Part shown: in pieces, positions 60,398-64,000 of the stretch
Layout: every line of letters begins with the position of its first letter
Position numbering within the stretch: the first letter of the stretch is position 1
Assembly: GCA_002104905.1 (NCBI GenBank)
Contig: MCFE01000124.1
Coordinates: 97,248-161,247, forward strand
Direction of reading: 5' to 3'
Origin: Basidiobolus meristosporus CBS 931.73
Taxonomy: Eukaryota; Fungi; Basidiobolomycota
Length of the DNA: 64,000 nucleotides
Program-made: the position numbers and the translations under genes
Notes under the pieces: model-generated
The model's database searches: none
Told to the model about the DNA's origin: nothing
The model's input: only the letters and a program-made list of their open reading frames with translations

Positions 60398-63300
60398 AAG
60401 AATGACAAGTGACTTAGCCAAGGGGCAACAAACTCTGTGGCTCAGTTCCAGAGGTGCATGGTAAATGTGCTCTACCGGTTTATACCTGAGAAACTTGCTG
60501 TCTTTGTTGATGACATAGGCATCAAAGGACCAAAACTCCGGGACACAACTGAAGTTATGCCTGGAGTAAGAAAGTTTGTCTATGACCATATTTCAGACAA
60601 TGATGCCATATTAGGAGCCATTGAAGAAGCTGGACTCACCATCAGTGGTGAGAAAAGCAGCTTTGGTGTATCAGAGATATCCATTGTTGGACAAAAATGC
60701 AACACCTTTGGTTGTTCACCCGGAGACTCCAAGACACAAAAGATATGCAACTGGCCTACCCCCACAAATCTAACACAAGCTCGTGGCTTTGTGGCAGCTT
60801 GTGGGTTCTTTAGGATCTGGATCCCAAGATTTTCTGAGATAGCAGAACCAATCTACCGACTACAGAGAAAGAATGCCCCATTTAGCTGGGGAGAAGAGCA
60901 AGAAGAAGCCATGCAATTACTAAAAGAGGCCTTAGTATCTCCACCAGTTCTGAGACCTCTTGACTATCAGAACACTGAATGCCCACCTATCTTGACGGTG
61001 GATGCAAGCCCTGTAGGAGCTGGAGCACTACTTGGCCAAGATGATGAAGATGGTAACCGCTATGCCTGCAGATATGAGAGCTGCCTCTTCTCTCCTAGAG
61101 AACAAAGATACTCACAGATTAAGAGAGAGCTACTAGGAGTTGTGAAGATGCTGAGAAAGCTGAAGTCACAACTCTACATGACACATTTCATCCTGGAGAC
61201 AGATGCTAAGCCACTTATAGGAATGATCAACAAGCCTGATCTACCTGATGATGCCACAAATTGGTGGATGGCATGGCTGAAAATGTTTGACTTTGAGGTC
61301 AGACATATCCCTGGCAAGACAAATGTTGTGGCTGATGCACTCTCCAGGAAGGGACCACAGTTGTCTGAAGATATGGACCCTGACTTTGATGACATAATTG
61401 ATGCAGAAATCCAACAACTACATGTGAAGAAGCCCAGCAACTCTACGTGGAACACCATTCAAGACTATCTGAGAACCTTAGAGAAGCCACCAGGAATGAG
61501 CCCACATGATTTCAGAAAGCTCAGGAAGAAGGCCCATCATTTCTACATAAAAGATGGCCTCCTCTTCAAACGAGTAAAGCCTGGACAGACACCAAGGAGA
61601 GTTATAGTTGAGCCCCAGGAACAACTGACTATTATGTCAAGCCTTCATGAAGGAAGACCCGGTGGTCATAGAGGCAGAGATGCCACTTACAATGTTGTTT
61701 CCAGTAGATACTACTGGGAGCATATGTATCATGATGTCCAACACTTTGTTGAATCTTGTGACATTTGCCAAAGAAGGTCAACCAAGAGATATGAGGAGCC
61801 GCTCCATCCAACCTACACACCTTGTCTATGGCAGAAGGTTGGCATTGACCTGGTCCACATGCCAACTGCTGGAACCAAGAAGTACCTTGTTGTTGCCAGA
61901 GATGATCTGAGTGGGTGGGTAGAAGCTCGAGCCCTATCCAATAACAAAAGCCACACCATATGGAGATTTATTCTTGAAGATATAATATGCAGATTTGGCT
62001 GCATCAGCCAGTTTGTTGCTGACCAAGGAGAAATGACTTCAAATTTGATCCAGGAACTCTGCTCACAATACAAGATTCATATTGCTTTCACCACCTGCTT
62101 ATCACCCACAGGCCAATGGAATGGTTGAAAGAGGCCATGGCCCGTTGGTTAACTCCCTAGTCAAGAGCTGCAACAACATGACACTACAGTGGCCTACACA
62201 ACTTCATCTAGCACTCTGGGCAGATAGAATCACTACAAAACGCAGCACAGGTCTATCTCCATTCAAATTGCTTTATGGACATGATTGCATTCTTCCCATA
62301 GAGCTTGACTCAACATCCTGGAACATGCTAGAGTGGAGAACTACAATGAGTACAGAAGAACTACTGACTACACGCATCAAACAGCTTGATCACCATGAAC
62401 TTGATATTACCCAAGCAGCTGCTAAACTCAAAGAGACAAGACTTCAGAACAAGGAACCATTTGACAAGTCACATAGCCTTAGACCAAAGCCATTACTGCA
62501 AGGAGATCCAGTACTGCTCTATGATTCCACTTTAGACAAGCAGTGGAGTTGCAAATTTGACAATAAGTGGTCTGGCCCATTTATTTTCTCTAAGGTGATT
62601 GGAAATGGAAGCTACTACTAGTCTGAACTTGATGAAACACCACTAAGAGCACCTGTGGCAGGAAACAGACTTAAGCTATCAAGCACCGGAATTTTGCACA
62701 TCACATTTTAGTTTGCTTTGACCTGAGTTCAAAGCTGAGAGAGGGGTGGATGTAGTGGGGTCACAGTGACACCCACAGGCAGATGTGCTCATTCTCATAC
62801 GTTCACTTCCCTAAAAAAGGATTACCCCCCCCTATATTAGTATCATCCCAAATTGCAATACTTTCTATTCTGTCTATGTGATTATTACTATGCAACCTGA
62901 CAAACTATTTGTCACTATTAACCCATTGCACAAGCTATTCCTATTCCTTGCCAAGATGCCAAGATAAGATAGTTACCATACAAGGCAAGTACCCCAACAG
63001 TGCCCATGTCATGTGACCATTTTGGTTTCATAACCCTCCTATCCTACTACCATAAGAGGCAACCACATGACACAGGGGTTTCATATTACCACTACCTGAT
63101 TGGCTAGGTGCTACTATGTCTCATGGAACAATCCGCCAAGAATTTGCGCTATTTTTAGTACACAATGACATGATTGGCTGTCTACTACCTTCTGGAAACT
63201 TCTGGAAAGTATTTTCTAGCAAGAAATTGAGCAGCAAAAAAGTATATAAGGGAGGCTATCCCTTAAAATAAATCATCCCTCTTCCAATATTCCGACTTAT

Positions 63301-63831
63301 TGATTAGTGAGATCACCGCTACCTATTACCACTATTTTCTGACTCAGACCTGACAACACTCCCAGGAAACCTGCGCTGACAGCCAACTGACCTTGGAGGC
63401 ACTACTTGTGAGGAATACTCAGAGTAGGTATATTTTATTATATTTGTTTGTTTTCCCAAGTTTGTTCTTGTACAGGCAAAGATACTTTTCAGTCTTTGTA
63501 ACTATTGGTCAAAGCTGCATTCTTATCAAGTCCCTGTTGGTGGAGTTTACAGTTGTTTTGACTTTGGAAGCTTTAGTACATTGTCATCTCAAAGGACGTC
63601 AAAGCCATTATAAACTTTTGTTAAGACGCCAACTAAGTTGGGGATTGTAGTTCAATAGTTTTCCCTTGACAAGCTTGAGGCTTTATCCCCCATCACATTA
63701 GATTAGACAAAAGACCCAGTATTCCTAGCAAGCTTTTGCCAGAGGTTATTGCACCCAGTGAACACCCCACACACATTCACACTTGAGAAGTGTTGGCTGT
63801 ATTTTGCCCTTTGGACTTATACACCACCACA
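60398..63831 (+). mobile_element. Inverted second copy of the same Ty3/gypsy 3' half (pol frameshifted near 62095 and with a late stop), PPT 62737-62750, LTR 62751-63831
   Basis: The ORFs 60437-62128 and 62082-62621 match the 750-aa ORF nearly residue for residue; the LTR runs TGTAGTGGGG...ACACCACCACA. Confidence 0.95.
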
Positions 63832-64000
63832 CCCAGTGATGTGACATGACATTCCACTGACCAGATGAGCTCATTCCCTTATTATTCAATACTATCCATT
63901 TGACTCTACTACACTTATTTAGTATCCCATCTTGTCTTCAGCTATCAGTGACTATCCCATAAGCCGGTTGACTATCACACCTGCTTACCTTATTGCATAA
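63832..64000 (+). mobile_element. Start of an LTR matching the solo LTR at 55860-56930, indel-rich, running off the window
   Basis: CTATCCCATAAGCCGGTTGACTATCACACCTGCTTACCTTATTGCATAA is the exact reverse complement of 56765-56813. Confidence 0.8.

Overview
Eukaryotic (fungal) genomic DNA with short GT-AG introns of about 50-85 nt. It is most likely an early-diverging, non-Dikarya fungus; this is an inference from gene content, such as an AIP-like gene, and is not proven. Bases 1-49.6 kb form a gene-bearing arm: an APSES (StuA/Efg1-type) transcription factor, a compact L-asparaginase, a 4-finger C2H2 factor, two secreted or GPI-anchored orphans, a 7TM GPCR-like protein, ACC1, a derlin, eIF1/SUI1, an AIP-like FKBP-TPR co-chaperone, UNG1 and a Mn-CDF transporter, plus a few decayed relics. 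From about 50.1 kb to the end the window is CpG-depleted repeat DNA. It contains: (i) head-to-tail, 5'-truncated retroelement 3' ends, each starting at a short TTAGGG telomere-like junction, including one unit carrying an intact coiled-coil ORF1-like gene; (ii) a nested, rearranged Ty1/copia complex whose 5-bp target-site duplication is split across opposite strands; (iii) a 155-bp tandem repeat hit twice at the same GCGG site by Ylt1-like Ty3/gypsy LTRs; (iv) a fold-back palindrome of at least 7.2 kb centred near 60,378. The best candidate for an undescribed system is the telomere-repeat-primed retroelement array, reminiscent of endonuclease-less Penelope-like elements. Its RT is not in the window, so the class is inferred. 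All exon structures and alignments were done by hand, and no database searches were run.
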